Positions 20,229 through 30,974 of a stretch of DNA of 64,000 nucleotides are shown here, one piece after another. Each line of letters starts with the position of its first letter. Positions within the stretch are counted from its first letter, which is position 1. The notes below the pieces were generated by a model. It was not told where the DNA came from and ran no database searches. It saw nothing but the letters and a program-made list of their open reading frames with translations. The position numbers and the translations under genes were made by a program. Where the stretch lies: contig OY969564.1 in the NCBI GenBank assembly GCA_963701095.1, positions 1,216,001 to 1,280,000 of the forward strand, written 5' to 3'. Source of the DNA: an uncultured Methanoregulaceae archaeon (GTDB lineage Archaea > Halobacteriota > Methanomicrobia > Methanomicrobiales > Methanospirillaceae).

Positions 20229-22218
20229 ATTCCAGATCCTTTCCGTTGCAAGTTGGCTTGTCGTGGTGACATTTTTACAGCTTTCGCTCTTTCCGTCCCT
20301 GAAAAAATGCCTGGGTCAATACGCTTTCCCTGCCTCCTTTGCGGCGTCGCTCCTTATCTTTACCCTCCTGACCTGGTATTGTGGTCTTGTTCAAATTCCC
20401 ATCCAGATCGCGCTTGTTCCTTTCATCCTGCTCTTTGGGTACCACATCTACCACCGCAATTACGCATGGAACGAGCTGAGAAAAGAGTGGAAATGGGAGC
20501 TCATTTTCCTGATATTCTTTTTTTTGATGCTCACGGTCAGGTTTGTAAACCCGACGATATCCTATGCTGAGAAATTCATGGACCACGGGTTTCTTGCATC
20601 AATAATGCGAAGCCCGATCGTACTCCCTCTTGATCCCTGGTTTGCCGGAGGCTCTATGGACGTCTACTATTACTTAGGCTACTGGATTTTTGGCTGCCTC
20701 GGTATTATCAGTGGAGTTCCGTCAAACATTGCATTCAACCTTTCGCTTCCGACAGTCCTTGGTATCGCGGCAGTCATGGTTTATGCAATTGGCTCCATGC
20801 TTCTCGAACGGTTTCGCTGGCTGCCTCTGCTCCTCTTCTTTCTCCCTAACCCCTCGCTAATCTACCAGATTATACTCGGTAACCCACTCAGCACGGCACT
20901 TTGGAACAGTTCGCGCACGATCACCAACACCATTAACGAATATCCCCTGTTCTCATTTACCTGGGGGGATCTTCATGCCCATGTCATTTCGATATTTAAC
21001 CAGGTATTCTTCATTTTTCTGCTTATTTATCTGTACAAGTACTGGGAGTCTCTTGAGGCGAGAAGTAAATGGCTCATATGTGGTCTTGCTGCACTTAGCC
21101 TCGGCTCAATGCCTCTGATCAATACCTGGGATGTCCTGATATTCGCCCCGATTACCATCATCATAGCAGCGTTGATCATATTTCGGGGATGGAAGAAAGG
21201 ACTCGACTATTCATCGTGGGTCCAGCTTGTTTTGATCCCCCCCCTTTCAGTCCTTATCTACCTTCCCTTTTACATAGTGCTCAAAACCAGTACCGGGGGT
21301 ATAGGGATCGTAAAGATACCTTCTGATCCGATCCAGTTCCTGCTGGTCAATGGCTGGTTTATTTCCATTTTTCTGCTTTTTCTCATAAAAGATATTCGGG
21401 AACGGCCGTATCTTTTGATAATAGTAGTCCCGTTTATTCTTACGGGCTACTTTGCCGCTGCAATCGCTGCCATTCCACTCATTTATTTTATTGCAAAAAA
21501 GGAGCGTAGCGTCCCCGATATTCTTGCCATCTTCGGGCTCTTGATCCTTATCCTTGTGGAACTGTTCTACCTTAAGGACAATATGGGAGACACTTATTTC
21601 CGGATGAACACGGTTTTTAAATGTTACGTCCCCGCATGGATCATCCTCAGCATCAGCGCATTTTCTATGATAGGGATTTGGTTTGCAAAGCCGGGGCGTA
21701 TCCCGGTTCTTCCCGCCAAAAAAAGTGCAGCCCTTGCGGTGCTTGTTATAGGCGTCCTCTTTGTCATTCCTTTTTTTGTCCCCCTTAATCTCAACTACGG
21801 TGGTTGGACACTCGATGGGCTGAGCTATCTCGATACTACCCATCCCGGCGACGCCGGGGGGGTTGCATATCTGCGGAACCTGACCGGTGATGAACGCATT
21901 GTCGAAGCCGTTGGTGGAGACTATACCTATTATTCCCGGATCTCGTCGTTCACCGGTATCCCGGCAATACTCGGTGAACCTTTCCACGAGTTTATGTGGC
22001 GTGGAGATACCACCGGCTGGTATAGTGCCCGACCTGCAGATATCAGGTCTATTTATGAAAACCCCGATCAGACAATTTCTCTCATGAAAAAATACAACGC
22101 GACCCTTCTTTATGTCGGAGATTTAGAGAGCCAGACCTATAATGTAAGTCTGCCGGCAACCGGGCTGGAGCAGGTGTATTCAGGCCAGGGTACCACTATT
22201 TACCGCATTGCCGGGTGA
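20152..22218 (+). CDS. DUF2298 / YYY-motif membrane protein (predicted GT-C type)
   Basis: EKFMD, DPWFAG, YYYLG, INEYP, GDLHAH and RMNTVFK; start uncertain (CTG 20218 follows GGAGGG). Confidence 0.8.
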   Translation: MVIGLFPLLSRPSLQNWTEGKILTPEFQILSVASWLVVVTFLQLSLFPSLKKCLGQYAFPASFAASLLIFTLLTWYCGLVQIPIQIALVPFILLFGYHIYHRNYAWNELRKEWKWELIFLIFFFLMLTVRFVNPTISYAEKFMDHGFLASIMRSPIVLPLDPWFAGGSMDVYYYLGYWIFGCLGIISGVPSNIAFNLSLPTVLGIAAVMVYAIGSMLLERFRWLPLLLFFLPNPSLIYQIILGNPLSTALWNSSRTITNTINEYPLFSFTWGDLHAHVISIFNQVFFIFLLIYLYKYWESLEARSKWLICGLAALSLGSMPLINTWDVLIFAPITIIIAALIIFRGWKKGLDYSSWVQLVLIPPLSVLIYLPFYIVLKTSTGGIGIVKIPSDPIQFLLVNGWFISIFLLFLIKDIRERPYLLIIVVPFILTGYFAAAIAAIPLIYFIAKKERSVPDILAIFGLLILILVELFYLKDNMGDTYFRMNTVFKCYVPAWIILSISAFSMIGIWFAKPGRIPVLPAKKSAALAVLVIGVLFVIPFFVPLNLNYGGWTLDGLSYLDTTHPGDAGGVAYLRNLTGDERIVEAVGGDYTYYSRISSFTGIPAILGEPFHEFMWRGDTTGWYSARPADIRSIYENPDQTISLMKKYNATLLYVGDLESQTYNVSLPATGLEQVYSGQGTTIYRIAG

Positions 22219-22308
22219 ACCCGCACAGTTAAACATTTTGTGAGATACCGGACAAAAGATATCCGTACCGCTCGCAAACCTTTATTTCTGCTCCTGATGA
22301 AATGATAT

Positions 22309-22371
22309 GGCTGCATCACTGCTGACTGATGAGTAATGAAGGGGCAAACTGGCTCCTGAATGAGGTGAGTT
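22309..22371 (+). promoter_or_regulatory. Putative L7Ae autoregulatory K-turn leader
   Basis: CTGA 22322-25, TGATGA 22327-32, GA-flanked GGGG/CTCC stem and CTGA 22356-59 next to the GAGGTGA ribosome-binding site. Confidence 0.55.
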
Positions 22372-22740
22372 ATGGCAAAAGGATACGTAAAAACCGAGGC
22401 TCCTGAAGAGCTCCAGAACAAGGCGCTTGAAGCCCTTGAAGTTGCAAGAGACACCGGGAAGATCAAGAAAGGTTCCAACGAGGCAACAAAAGCCATTGAA
22501 CGCAGCGCTGCACTGCTTGTTTTAATCGGCGCTGATGTCGAACCAGCAGAAATTGTTATGCATTTCACTCCCCTGTGCGATGAGAAAAAGATTCCTTATA
22601 TCTTCATAAACAAACAAAACGACATCGGTGCCGCCAGTGGCCTTGACGTAGGTTCTGCCGCTGCAGCGATCGTTAAGCCCGGCAAGGCAAAAGAAGTGAT
22701 TGAGGATCTCGCAAAACAGCTGGTTGCCTTAAAGGCATAA
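22372..22740 (+). CDS. rpl7ae: 50S ribosomal protein L7Ae
   Basis: [24 protein letters not shown] and KIPYIF. Confidence 0.97.
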   Translation: MAKGYVKTEAPEELQNKALEALEVARDTGKIKKGSNEATKAIERSAALLVLIGADVEPAEIVMHFTPLCDEKKIPYIFINKQNDIGAASGLDVGSAAAAIVKPGKAKEVIEDLAKQLVALKA

Positions 22741-22749
22741 GGTGAAATC

Positions 22750-22959
22750 ATGGCTGACGACGCAACGCCCGCAGAAGTCATCGAGGTAGTCGGTTCCACC
22801 GGAATGCATGGGGAAGCGATGCAGGTCAAGTGCCGGATCCTTGATGGCAATAATAAGGGGCGCATTATCACCCGCAACACGGTGGGCCCTATCCGGGAAG
22901 GAGATATCATTATGCTCCTTGAGACCGAACGCGAGGCAAAGAAACTATCGAGGCGGTGA
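22750..22959 (+). CDS. rps28e: 30S ribosomal protein S28e
   Basis: [21 protein letters not shown] and ETEREA. Confidence 0.97.
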   Translation: MADDATPAEVIEVVGSTGMHGEAMQVKCRILDGNNKGRIITRNTVGPIREGDIIMLLETEREAKKLSRR

Positions 22960-22964
22960 ACCGG

Positions 22965-23156
22965 ATGGTCGAACAACATATCTGCAGTTTCTGTGGAGTA
23001 CAGCTCGAACCGGGCACCGGCAAGATGTTCATTAAAAAAGACGGCACGATATTTTATTTCTGCAGCACAAAGTGCCAGAACAACCACAAACTGGGCAGGG
23101 TTCCCCGCCGGGTTGAGTGGACTTCTGCCGGGCAGAAAAGTACCAAGAAGGAGTGA
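22965..23156 (+). CDS. rpl24e: 50S ribosomal protein L24e
   Basis: CSFCG, PGTGKMF, FCSTKC and PRRVEWT. Confidence 0.95.
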   Translation: MVEQHICSFCGVQLEPGTGKMFIKKDGTIFYFCSTKCQNNHKLGRVPRRVEWTSAGQKSTKKE

Positions 23157-23164
23157 TCCTTGTT

Positions 23165-23617
23165 ATGGATCGCACCTTCGTTATGGTCAAGCCTGATGGC
23201 GTCCAGCGTGGACTTGTCGGAGAAATTGTCTCAAGGCTCGAGAAAAAAGGACTTAAACTCGTGGCAGCCCGTTTCGAGGTACTGCCCGAGGCAAGAGTTA
23301 CCGAACAATACCGAGAGCATCTTTCCAAAGCATTCTTCCCATCCCTTAAAACATATATCATGGGAGGTCCTTGTTTCCTGATGATCTGGGAGGGAAGGAA
23401 CGTTGTCGCAATTGTCCGTAAGATAATCGGCGCGACAAATCCGCAGGAAGCGGCTCCAGGCACCATCCGGGGCGATTTTGGTATTGACATTGGCAGGAAT
23501 GTAATTCATGCTTCCGATTCACCCGAGAGTGCCGCACGGGAGATTGAAATCCACTTTAAACATTCAGAACAATTCGGATACACCCGGATCGATGAATCCG
23601 TGTTATACGAATACTGA
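23165..23617 (+). CDS. ndk: Nucleoside diphosphate kinase
   Basis: [18 protein letters not shown] and NVIHASDS. Confidence 0.97.
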   Translation: MDRTFVMVKPDGVQRGLVGEIVSRLEKKGLKLVAARFEVLPEARVTEQYREHLSKAFFPSLKTYIMGGPCFLMIWEGRNVVAIVRKIIGATNPQEAAPGTIRGDFGIDIGRNVIHASDSPESAAREIEIHFKHSEQFGYTRIDESVLYEY

Positions 23618-23663
23618 ACTTTTTTCCGTAACCTCTATTATCCATGAGAACGGTCTTATCTTC

Positions 23664-24314
23664 ATGGCCGGCGACCTTTTAAGTTTCTCCCTGCTGTGTC
23701 TTTCTTCCATTATCATTATCGTAAATCCCCTGGGAGCAACGCTGACCTATATATCCCTGACAGAGAACCTTGAAAAGCCTCTCAAAGAACAGATTATAAG
23801 AGACGCATGTACTATCGCACTTATAATCCTTGTCGTTGTTGGTATCGCCGGGACCATAATCCTTCAGGTTCTTGGGATCTCTCTTGAGGCGTTTCGGATC
23901 GCTGGAGGAATCTTGCTTTTTGGCATCGGTATGGAAATGGTATATGCAAAGACTTCGCGCACCAAACTTACAGCAACCGAAAAATATGAATCCCGGGATA
24001 ATGAAGATGTCGCGGCGATGCCACTTGCCATCCCAATGATAGCCGGTCCTGGAGCAATCACTACCACAATCGTACTCACCAACGAAGCTACAGGCATGTC
24101 CATGGTTGCATGGCTTGTGATCTTTGCATCGATTGGCATTGCAATCGCAATCACCTATTTTATGATGAAATACGCAGACTATATCATAAGGAAGATTGGC
24201 CAGCGGCAGTATCGTGTCATCAACCGGCTGATGGGGATTCTGCTTATTGCTATATCAGTCCAGTTTGTAATTACCGGACTAATGGTCGCGTTTCCGGTAT
24301 TAGGGGGATCATAA
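23664..24314 (+). CDS. MarC family membrane protein
   Basis: IVNPLG, FRIAGGILL and PLAIPMIAGPGAI. Confidence 0.9.
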   Translation: MAGDLLSFSLLCLSSIIIIVNPLGATLTYISLTENLEKPLKEQIIRDACTIALIILVVVGIAGTIILQVLGISLEAFRIAGGILLFGIGMEMVYAKTSRTKLTATEKYESRDNEDVAAMPLAIPMIAGPGAITTTIVLTNEATGMSMVAWLVIFASIGIAIAITYFMMKYADYIIRKIGQRQYRVINRLMGILLIAISVQFVITGLMVAFPVLGGS

Positions 24315-24520
24315 TGTCTGAATGGGATATAACAACAGTAGGTCTGATACTAGTCGGTTGCAGTATTATCGCGGCAGGTCTTATCCTGGCTGCAATCCTT
24401 CTTGGATTCCTCCATTCAATGGCTCGGTTCCTTTTACTTACCACAATTATTCTTGTGGTAATGGGAGCGGTAGTTATCCTGTACGTTGACCGGAAAAACG
24501 GGCAGAATACCAAATCTTGA
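24314..24520 (+). CDS. Small two-TM hypothetical protein
   Basis: ATG overlaps the MarC stop (TAATG); two hydrophobic helices. Confidence 0.55.
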   Translation: MSEWDITTVGLILVGCSIIAAGLILAAILLGFLHSMARFLLLTTIILVVMGAVVILYVDRKNGQNTKS

Positions 24521-24539
24521 TTTTTCAGGAGATGGAGCG

Positions 24540-25338
24540 ATGCTATGCTGCAGCGCCCAGATATGTGGTGTTTGGGAATCACCCAAAAAAACGCTTGAAG
24601 CGGCAGAGGATATTTTTGATAATGCTTCCAAATGCGGTGCTGCCCTTATCTCGTTTCCCGAGCAGTTTGCTACCTGCTGGGACCCGGTTTCGACAAAAAA
24701 TATCGAAGATATCACGGGTCCAACGGTAACCGGGCTTTGCAGAATGGCAAAAAAGTTACTCTGTCGGCGTCGTCGGATCGTTCCGCGAAACCTGCATTCC
24801 CAAACCAAAGAATACTGCGATTGCAATAGATCGTAACGGTGAGATTCTCGCGAAATACTCAAAAATCCACCTCTTCACGCCCGGACACGAAGATTATGCT
24901 TTTACACCGGGCACCGGGCTTGCACCTTTCACCTTTGAAGGTGTCCGTTTTGGCCTTGCAATCTGTTACGATCTTCGTTTCCCGGAGATTTTCCGGTTAT
25001 ACCGGCGGGAAGGCGTCGATGCCATTATTGTTCCTGCAGCATGGCCAGAAAGCCGGCTGCACCATTGGGAACTCTTTATCCGCGCCCGGGCGGCGGAAAA
25101 TCAGATGTATATTGTGGGCGTAGATGCAACGGGGAATACTCCCGTAGATAGTTATGCAGGTATGTCAATAACAGCTGATCCCTATGGGACGATCATTGCA
25201 AGAGCTGGTAAAGAAAACGAACTTTTGTACTATGAAATCGATCCCTGTATCGTTGAAAATGCCCGCAGGGACTTTCCTGTGCATAACGACAACAAAGAAG
25301 CATTGTATGCCTCCCTTCATCGAAAGGATACTAGATAG
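24540..25338 (+). CDS. Carbon-nitrogen hydrolase (nitrilase superfamily); frameshift near 24755
   Basis: FPEQF; removing one base gives YSKIHLF...ICYDLRFPE...PAAWP...ARAAENQ, a complete E-K-C triad. Confidence 0.85.
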
Positions 25339-25390
25339 TTTACTTCCTTTAACGCTTGTCTATATGTAGCCGGAAAACCAATAGATAGCC

Positions 25391-26597
25391 ATGTACCATC
25401 TCGTATGCGTTAACTGCGGCACGACGTATCCCGCTGACGAGATCCTCTATAACTGTAAAAAATGCGGCCATCTTCTTGCGGTGGAATATCCTCTCGATAC
25501 AATCACCGTACTTCGTTCAACCTGGAATTCACGACCTCTCTCGGTTTGGCGATATAAGGAACTATTGCCGGTAACCATCGAGCCTGTCTCTCTTTTTGAA
25601 GGAGGCACGCCACTATACCATTTAAAACGCCTCGGGGACGAGATGGGCCTAAAACACCTCTATGCCAAGCACGAAGGCATGAATCCATCGGGCTCTTTTA
25701 AAGACCGGGGGATGACGGTGGGAGTTTCGATGGCACTCCAGCTCAATAAAAAAAGTGTTGCTTGTGCAAGCACGGGAAATACCTCGGCGAGCCTGGCAGT
25801 ATATGCAGCAAAAGCGGGCATTCCTGCAATTGTACTGCTTCCGGCCGGGTATGTCAGCTGTAGGCAAGGTGGCCCAGGCATTAATGCATGGCGCTAAGGT
25901 TATTTCTATCCGGGGAAACTTCGATCGCGCACTCGAAATGGTTCATGACCTTTGCCTTACGCATGGTTTATACCTCCTGAACTCAATCAACCCTTATCGC
26001 CTGGAAGGCCAGAAAACAATAGGATTTGAGGCGATCGATCAGCTGGGAAGCGTTCCCGATCGGTTTGTCCTGCCGGTAGGAAATGCTGGAAACATCTCTG
26101 CAGTATATAAAGGGCTGCTGGAACTCGAAGCACTCGACTTTATCGACCGGCTTCCAAAAATGACCGGCATCCAGGCCGCAGGAGCAAGCCCCATAGTAAG
26201 GGCGGTAAAAGAGAACCTGACTTCCGTAATAACCGAAACGCATCCAGAAACCATTGCCTCTGCAATCCGGATTGGTGCCCCGGTCAATGCCGAAAAGGCT
26301 CTGGTGGCGATTCGTAAAACCGGCGGAACGGCAGAATCGGTAACTGATGAAGAGATTCTTGCTATGCAACGTGATCTTGCACGAAAAGAGGGAATTGGCG
26401 TGGAGCCGGCATCTGCGGCGTCTGTAGCCGGTATTCGCAAGCTCTGCGAGGCGGGCGCAATAGACCGTGATGAGAGAATTGTGTGTGTAGTTACCGGTCA
26501 TCTTTTAAAAGACCCGGATACGGTGATCAAGCAATGCGAACCACCTCTGGAGATCGACGCAGACCTGCCATCGCTACTCTCTGCGCTGCGCTTATAA
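25391..26597 (+). CDS. thrC: Threonine synthase; frameshift near 25856
   Basis: N-terminal Zn-ribbon CxxC pairs, NPSGSFKDRG, ASTGNT, PVGNAGN and VTGHLLKD across two overlapping ORFs. Confidence 0.9.
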
Positions 26598-27166
26598 TTT
26601 TTGTCATAGCACCCGCCGGGGCACTTAACGCCACCTACGAAGTGCTTCCCAACGCTACTTCGTATGCCGCTCATGTGGAAATTAACGATACCTCAACGTA
26701 CCAGTTTGCAAACGCGGATTTACTCGGGGAAAATATCCCAATCAATGTCACGAATGTCTCCCTGGTTGCAGATAATGGCACTCTTGTGGATTTTAACGGC
26801 AGTACCGATTGGTACTCTCCGTCGGTTATCACATTCCCAAAAGGCAACTATACTATTTCCTACGTGACTTCCCTTCAGGATAACCAGATGCAGGGATCAT
26901 TTCTCTTACCTTATAACGTAAGCGTGTACCTTCCCGGGCAGTATGATGTACGTAATCCGTTCCTGGCAACTTTGAGTCCCGGGGCAAATGTGACTCGGTT
27001 TCCGGATAATACTACAGCAATAACGTGGAATGATACAACGTCTTTCAACCTCCGGTTCTATGATCAGGCCCGGGAAAACCTACTCTACGTGTTCGGGGAA
27101 TTCATGATAATTCTGGCAATTATCCTGCTCACACCGTTTTTATTGATGAGAAAACCGCCTGAATAA
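26534..27166 (+). CDS. Exported single-pass membrane protein (DUF5803-like)
   Basis: GGTGAT before ATG 26534, signal peptide, many N-x-T/S sites, LRFY then a TM helix. Confidence 0.6.
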   Translation: MRTTSGDRRRPAIATLCAALIIFVIAPAGALNATYEVLPNATSYAAHVEINDTSTYQFANADLLGENIPINVTNVSLVADNGTLVDFNGSTDWYSPSVITFPKGNYTISYVTSLQDNQMQGSFLLPYNVSVYLPGQYDVRNPFLATLSPGANVTRFPDNTTAITWNDTTSFNLRFYDQARENLLYVFGEFMIILAIILLTPFLLMRKPPE

Positions 27167-27259
27167 ATTCAATCATTCCAGCTATTTTTAGAATTAAACT
27201 GACCTGAATCCGATTCAAAACGGCAAGACTTTTACCGATATCTACCCAGCTCAGGAATA

Positions 27260-27535
27260 ATGATACGGGTCACTGCTACAGCAAACGGGAGGGTCCAAGG
27301 CGTAGGGTACCGGCAATATGTGTCAGAATGCGCTCACCAGCTTGGTCTGCACGGATCTGTGCAGAACATGCATGATGGTTCCGTATACATAATTGCAGAA
27401 GGGCCCCCTGCAGCCCTTGATGACTTTATTCGTCTTGTGCGAGCCCGTAATGATCCGGTAATCCGAGTCGAAGATCTGCAGGTAACAGAATGCCAGGCTA
27501 CCGGAGAATTCAAAGGTTTCTGGGTTAAGTGGTGA
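27260..27535 (+). CDS. acyP: Acylphosphatase (second copy)
   Basis: GRVQGVGYR and GSVQNMHDGSV. Confidence 0.9.
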   Translation: MIRVTATANGRVQGVGYRQYVSECAHQLGLHGSVQNMHDGSVYIIAEGPPAALDDFIRLVRARNDPVIRVEDLQVTECQATGEFKGFWVKW

Positions 27536-27606
27536 AAACCGATTAAACCACAATCTGCCGTAAAAATAATCTGTCTTTTTTAGAGCGGGATAAAAAAAGG
27601 TAAAAA

Positions 27607-28551
27607 TTACTGGAGCCCGAATGACTTCAGGGTCACATCGGTGTTAACCGCACCAACGTGATAAACGCTGCCGTCCGAAAGCTCGTTGATAATAACTTCT
27701 GCCGGAGAGAAAAGGGATGTATCGATCTTGTAAAAATCATATCCCGCTTCTTTGAAGATATCATTGAACGGTTTACCATAGCCCTTGGACTTACTGCTGG
27801 GGATTTTTTCGAGATAATCCTTAATTTCCGGCGCATTCATCGTCAGCTGGATCTGACCGTGATATATGGTCGCATCGTTTGTAACCCCCATCGCCCGCTT
27901 CGCTCCCCGCACTGGGGGGATTGGGGCCGTTCCGATCGCAGATGAAATTTTCCTTGTGTCAAAACCAAGCTCATTTAACTTGTAGATCGCGGTCTCCACG
28001 CACCGCCCGGAAACCTGGATAGACCCGACAATAGAAGAGGTAGGCGCAACCACAGCGCATGCATTTGCCACATCAACATGGCATTCCTCGGCAATCTTCT
28101 CCATGACCTCGCCGTTTGGCAGGTGATCGGATTCCAGGCAGATCACTGCACAATCGTAATCATCTTCGTAATCGATCACTTCAAACGTATGCTTGGGTTT
28201 AAGAGAAAGCGCCCGAGCAGGACCGCTTCCCATGGCAAAGTAGTTACCAACCTTCACAGTCCAGCCAGCCTTTTGCGCGCCGAGACAGGCAATCGAGGGA
28301 AAATCTGTATTCACGTCGATGAATGGCTGGGGGAATTCTTTTATCTGCCCCATCCTGAAGTTGACCTCCCCCAGACCGCCCATGCAGATCTCGGTAAATG
28401 CCCGCCCTGCTGCATACCCGCCCCGTGTACTTACTCCACAATCTACAATGCGTGCGCCATTGTCCAGTTCATGGTATGCTGCATTGAATTCCTCGGCCAG
28501 ATCGGCGAGGTTGTCGAATATTTCAAGTGCCAGTTCGTTAACACTTAACAT
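27607..28551 (-). CDS. mch: Methenyltetrahydromethanopterin cyclohydrolase
   Basis: MLSVN, CMGGLG, QKAGW, MGSGPARAL, TNDA and LFSPA. Confidence 0.95.
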   Translation of the reverse strand: MLSVNELALEIFDNLADLAEEFNAAYHELDNGARIVDCGVSTRGGYAAGRAFTEICMGGLGEVNFRMGQIKEFPQPFIDVNTDFPSIACLGAQKAGWTVKVGNYFAMGSGPARALSLKPKHTFEVIDYEDDYDCAVICLESDHLPNGEVMEKIAEECHVDVANACAVVAPTSSIVGSIQVSGRCVETAIYKLNELGFDTRKISSAIGTAPIPPVRGAKRAMGVTNDATIYHGQIQLTMNAPEIKDYLEKIPSSKSKGYGKPFNDIFKEAGYDFYKIDTSLFSPAEVIINELSDGSVYHVGAVNTDVTLKSFGLQ

Positions 28552-28620
28552 AGAAAAACCCCTGTCTCATAAGATGAGGGTTCTCAAATAGATAAGATTT
28601 TTGAAAATATTCCGACGACT

Positions 28621-29745
28621 TTATAAAAGGTAGGCAAGGACCTTGGCCGGCTCATACCGGAGCGTAATGACCCGGGTCCTTCCCTTTCCGCTACGGTACT
28701 GGAGATTGACAAGCCTCATTGCATCCATCTTCTTGATAATCTCGTAGAATCGAGTATACCCTATAGGCACCTGCTCTTTTATGGATTTGTAGACGTCCCC
28801 GGCATTCATTTCGGAACCTGACACACTTTTTGTCGCAAGTTCCCTGAGAATCCTGCGCTCTTCATCCTTAAGTGTCCTCAACGTATATTCGAGATGGAGA
28901 TACTTAGACACGGCATATGCGCCACAGATATCCCCGCGTTCAATACTGCGGCGTGCATCCCTCTCTGCGTTGAGCGCTGCTCTTTTCAGGAGATCGATGC
29001 CGACCCGCAAATCGCCGCTCTTTTGGGTCTGCTCCACGACAAGGTCGAGCATCTCTTCGCTTAACACACCGGTAAAAAAACCCTGCATTGCCCGGGCTCT
29101 CATGATATCTTCAACTTCGGCATTTCCGTAAGGTGGGAAATAGATCTCAGTAGGCCGGAAAACCGAAGCGACCCTGGCATCCACTGCCCGGGAAAGATCA
29201 ACATCCGGGTCACTGATAATTACAATCACACCGATCCGGACGCCCTCGTATGATTCATGGGCCCGCAGTAGCGTATAAAGAACTTTGTTGAGTTCATTTT
29301 CGTAGAGAAGGTAATTGGCGTCGTCAAGTGCCACTAGCAACACATATTCCTCTTTCTGGAGGATTCGGGCAACAGCATCAAAGACCTGTTTGAAAGAGGT
29401 TCCCGAAGACGGAGGGAGATGACCGGATAGTTTCCTGTATATCTGGGAAAGAATTGCAAACTTCGTGTTATCAATTTGGCAGTTGACCAGAACCGGCACC
29501 AGTTTCTTTGTTGTCTCTTCGATCTCCTGGAAAAGTTTCCTGATACTCGTGGTCTTACCAGAACCGGGTAAACCTTTGCAGATCGTATTGAGGGGGCGTG
29601 CACCCCGGAGGCCGGGCCGGATCTGGAACGCTAGTTCGCGCATCTGCGTGTCACGGAACTCGAACTGTTCGGGAACATAATCAATCTCGAAAACATCAGG
29701 GTCCCGGAACAATGACTCGTCCCACATCAGCAGGTTCTTTTTCAT
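28621..29745 (-). CDS. cdc6: Orc1/Cdc6 family replication initiator
   Basis: DYVPEQF, GLPGSGKTT (Walker A), VALDD (Walker B), FPPY, GDLR and a C-terminal wHTH. Confidence 0.92.
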   Translation of the reverse strand: MKKNLLMWDESLFRDPDVFEIDYVPEQFEFRDTQMRELAFQIRPGLRGARPLNTICKGLPGSGKTTSIRKLFQEIEETTKKLVPVLVNCQIDNTKFAILSQIYRKLSGHLPPSSGTSFKQVFDAVARILQKEEYVLLVALDDANYLLYENELNKVLYTLLRAHESYEGVRIGVIVIISDPDVDLSRAVDARVASVFRPTEIYFPPYGNAEVEDIMRARAMQGFFTGVLSEEMLDLVVEQTQKSGDLRVGIDLLKRAALNAERDARRSIERGDICGAYAVSKYLHLEYTLRTLKDEERRILRELATKSVSGSEMNAGDVYKSIKEQVPIGYTRFYEIIKKMDAMRLVNLQYRSGKGRTRVITLRYEPAKVLAYLL

Positions 29746-29998
29746 CGTTAGTACACCATCTACGTTGTCAATGATAACAGCTCTGGTTTCTGATGCGAAA
29801 TCGCAACCGCATCTAAAAGCCAATCGAAGAGTATTCTATATAAATAAAAACGAAATCGCAACACGAGACCGGCCAGATTGGAGACCTATATTGCATGAAA
29901 ATCATACAGGGAGTTGGTATCGAACAGAAGAGAAGGGAAAACCAGGAGAGCCTTGTGACACTCCCCCATTATAAGTTTTGGATAAATGCTGTTTCTGA

Positions 29999-30195
29999 CT
30001 ATTGGCGAGTATACGGCGTCAGAACGGTCAGGCGTGTCTTGCAGTGCCGGCAGGAAACCACCGGGTATTCCGGAAATGATCTTGCGGCATTTTGTTAACA
30101 ATTATGCTTTCAGCTGCGCAGGAAGGACAGGTGAACCGGATTACGTAACCGGCCCTTGTGCCCTTAATCTCGGGATAGGATTTTTGTGCGGACAT
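29999..30195 (-). CDS. Small zinc-ribbon protein (about 65 aa after one-base correction near 30062)
   Basis: MSAQKSY...FTCPSC...HFRNTR, then in the neighbouring frame VVSCRHCKTRLTVLTPYTRQ*. Confidence 0.55.
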
Positions 30196-30522
30196 TATCA
30201 GGATAATTCTTGTTGTTCGTTTAACCGGCATCTCCTTTCTCGAGGAAGTCCGGACTGTGATCCAAAAAAAGTCTTGCGTGTTGCCGGGCCAAGGACATAA
30301 ATTCACGGCCGCATTTAAAGAGCAAAACCTTTGATGATTACAGTACCTTTAGCGGCAGAGCACATAGCATTATGGTAATAAACCATATCCGAATCCTGTT
30401 TTCGTACACGCTACGATTGAGAAAAACCTCGTTTTCGTCTTGGATCTATCCAGATTTTCTTCCGGGATACATATCTTCAACATGTCACACACCCTTGAAT
30501 CCTACAACACGTTGTTGATTGA

Positions 30523-30861
30523 ATGGCCGATTTTCGTAAAAAAAATGCTCAAGAAGTGAACCTGAACGCGACTAATCCTGACGGCACCCCTGTTGTCCGC
30601 GTCCGGTTACCCAAAAAATGGAATAATGAACAGTTTGCCATTGCCCAGACCATGCATGGGGCAAACCATATTTCTGTCCGAAGCCTTGACGGTGTAACGC
30701 TCATGGGCAGGATTAAAGGAAAGATAAAAAAACGAGTCTGGATCCGGGAAGGCGACACCATCATTATTGTTCCCTGGAGTTTCCAGGAGGGAAAATGCGA
30801 TATCATCTACCGGTATCTCAAACCCCAGACGGACTGGCTGAGGAAAAACCGGTATATCTGA
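30523..30861 (+). CDS. eif1a: Translation initiation factor aIF-1A
   Basis: RVRLP, GRIKGKIKKRVWIREGD, VPW and DIIYRY. Confidence 0.92.
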   Translation: MADFRKKNAQEVNLNATNPDGTPVVRVRLPKKWNNEQFAIAQTMHGANHISVRSLDGVTLMGRIKGKIKKRVWIREGDTIIIVPWSFQEGKCDIIYRYLKPQTDWLRKNRYI

Positions 30862-30974
30862 TTATGAAACGGTCAGGATACCGATTATCTCGAATCTTTT
30901 TCCCAAAAACATCTGATATTTTTACTAACTTCATTTTTTAAATAAACCACTCGTGGTTCTTAAAGGAAAGAGGG

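Noticed and set aside
29746..30522. Replication origin next to cdc6
   Set aside because: I see no ORB-like GTTCCAGTGGAAAC/G-string repeats, and the gap holds a small ORF.
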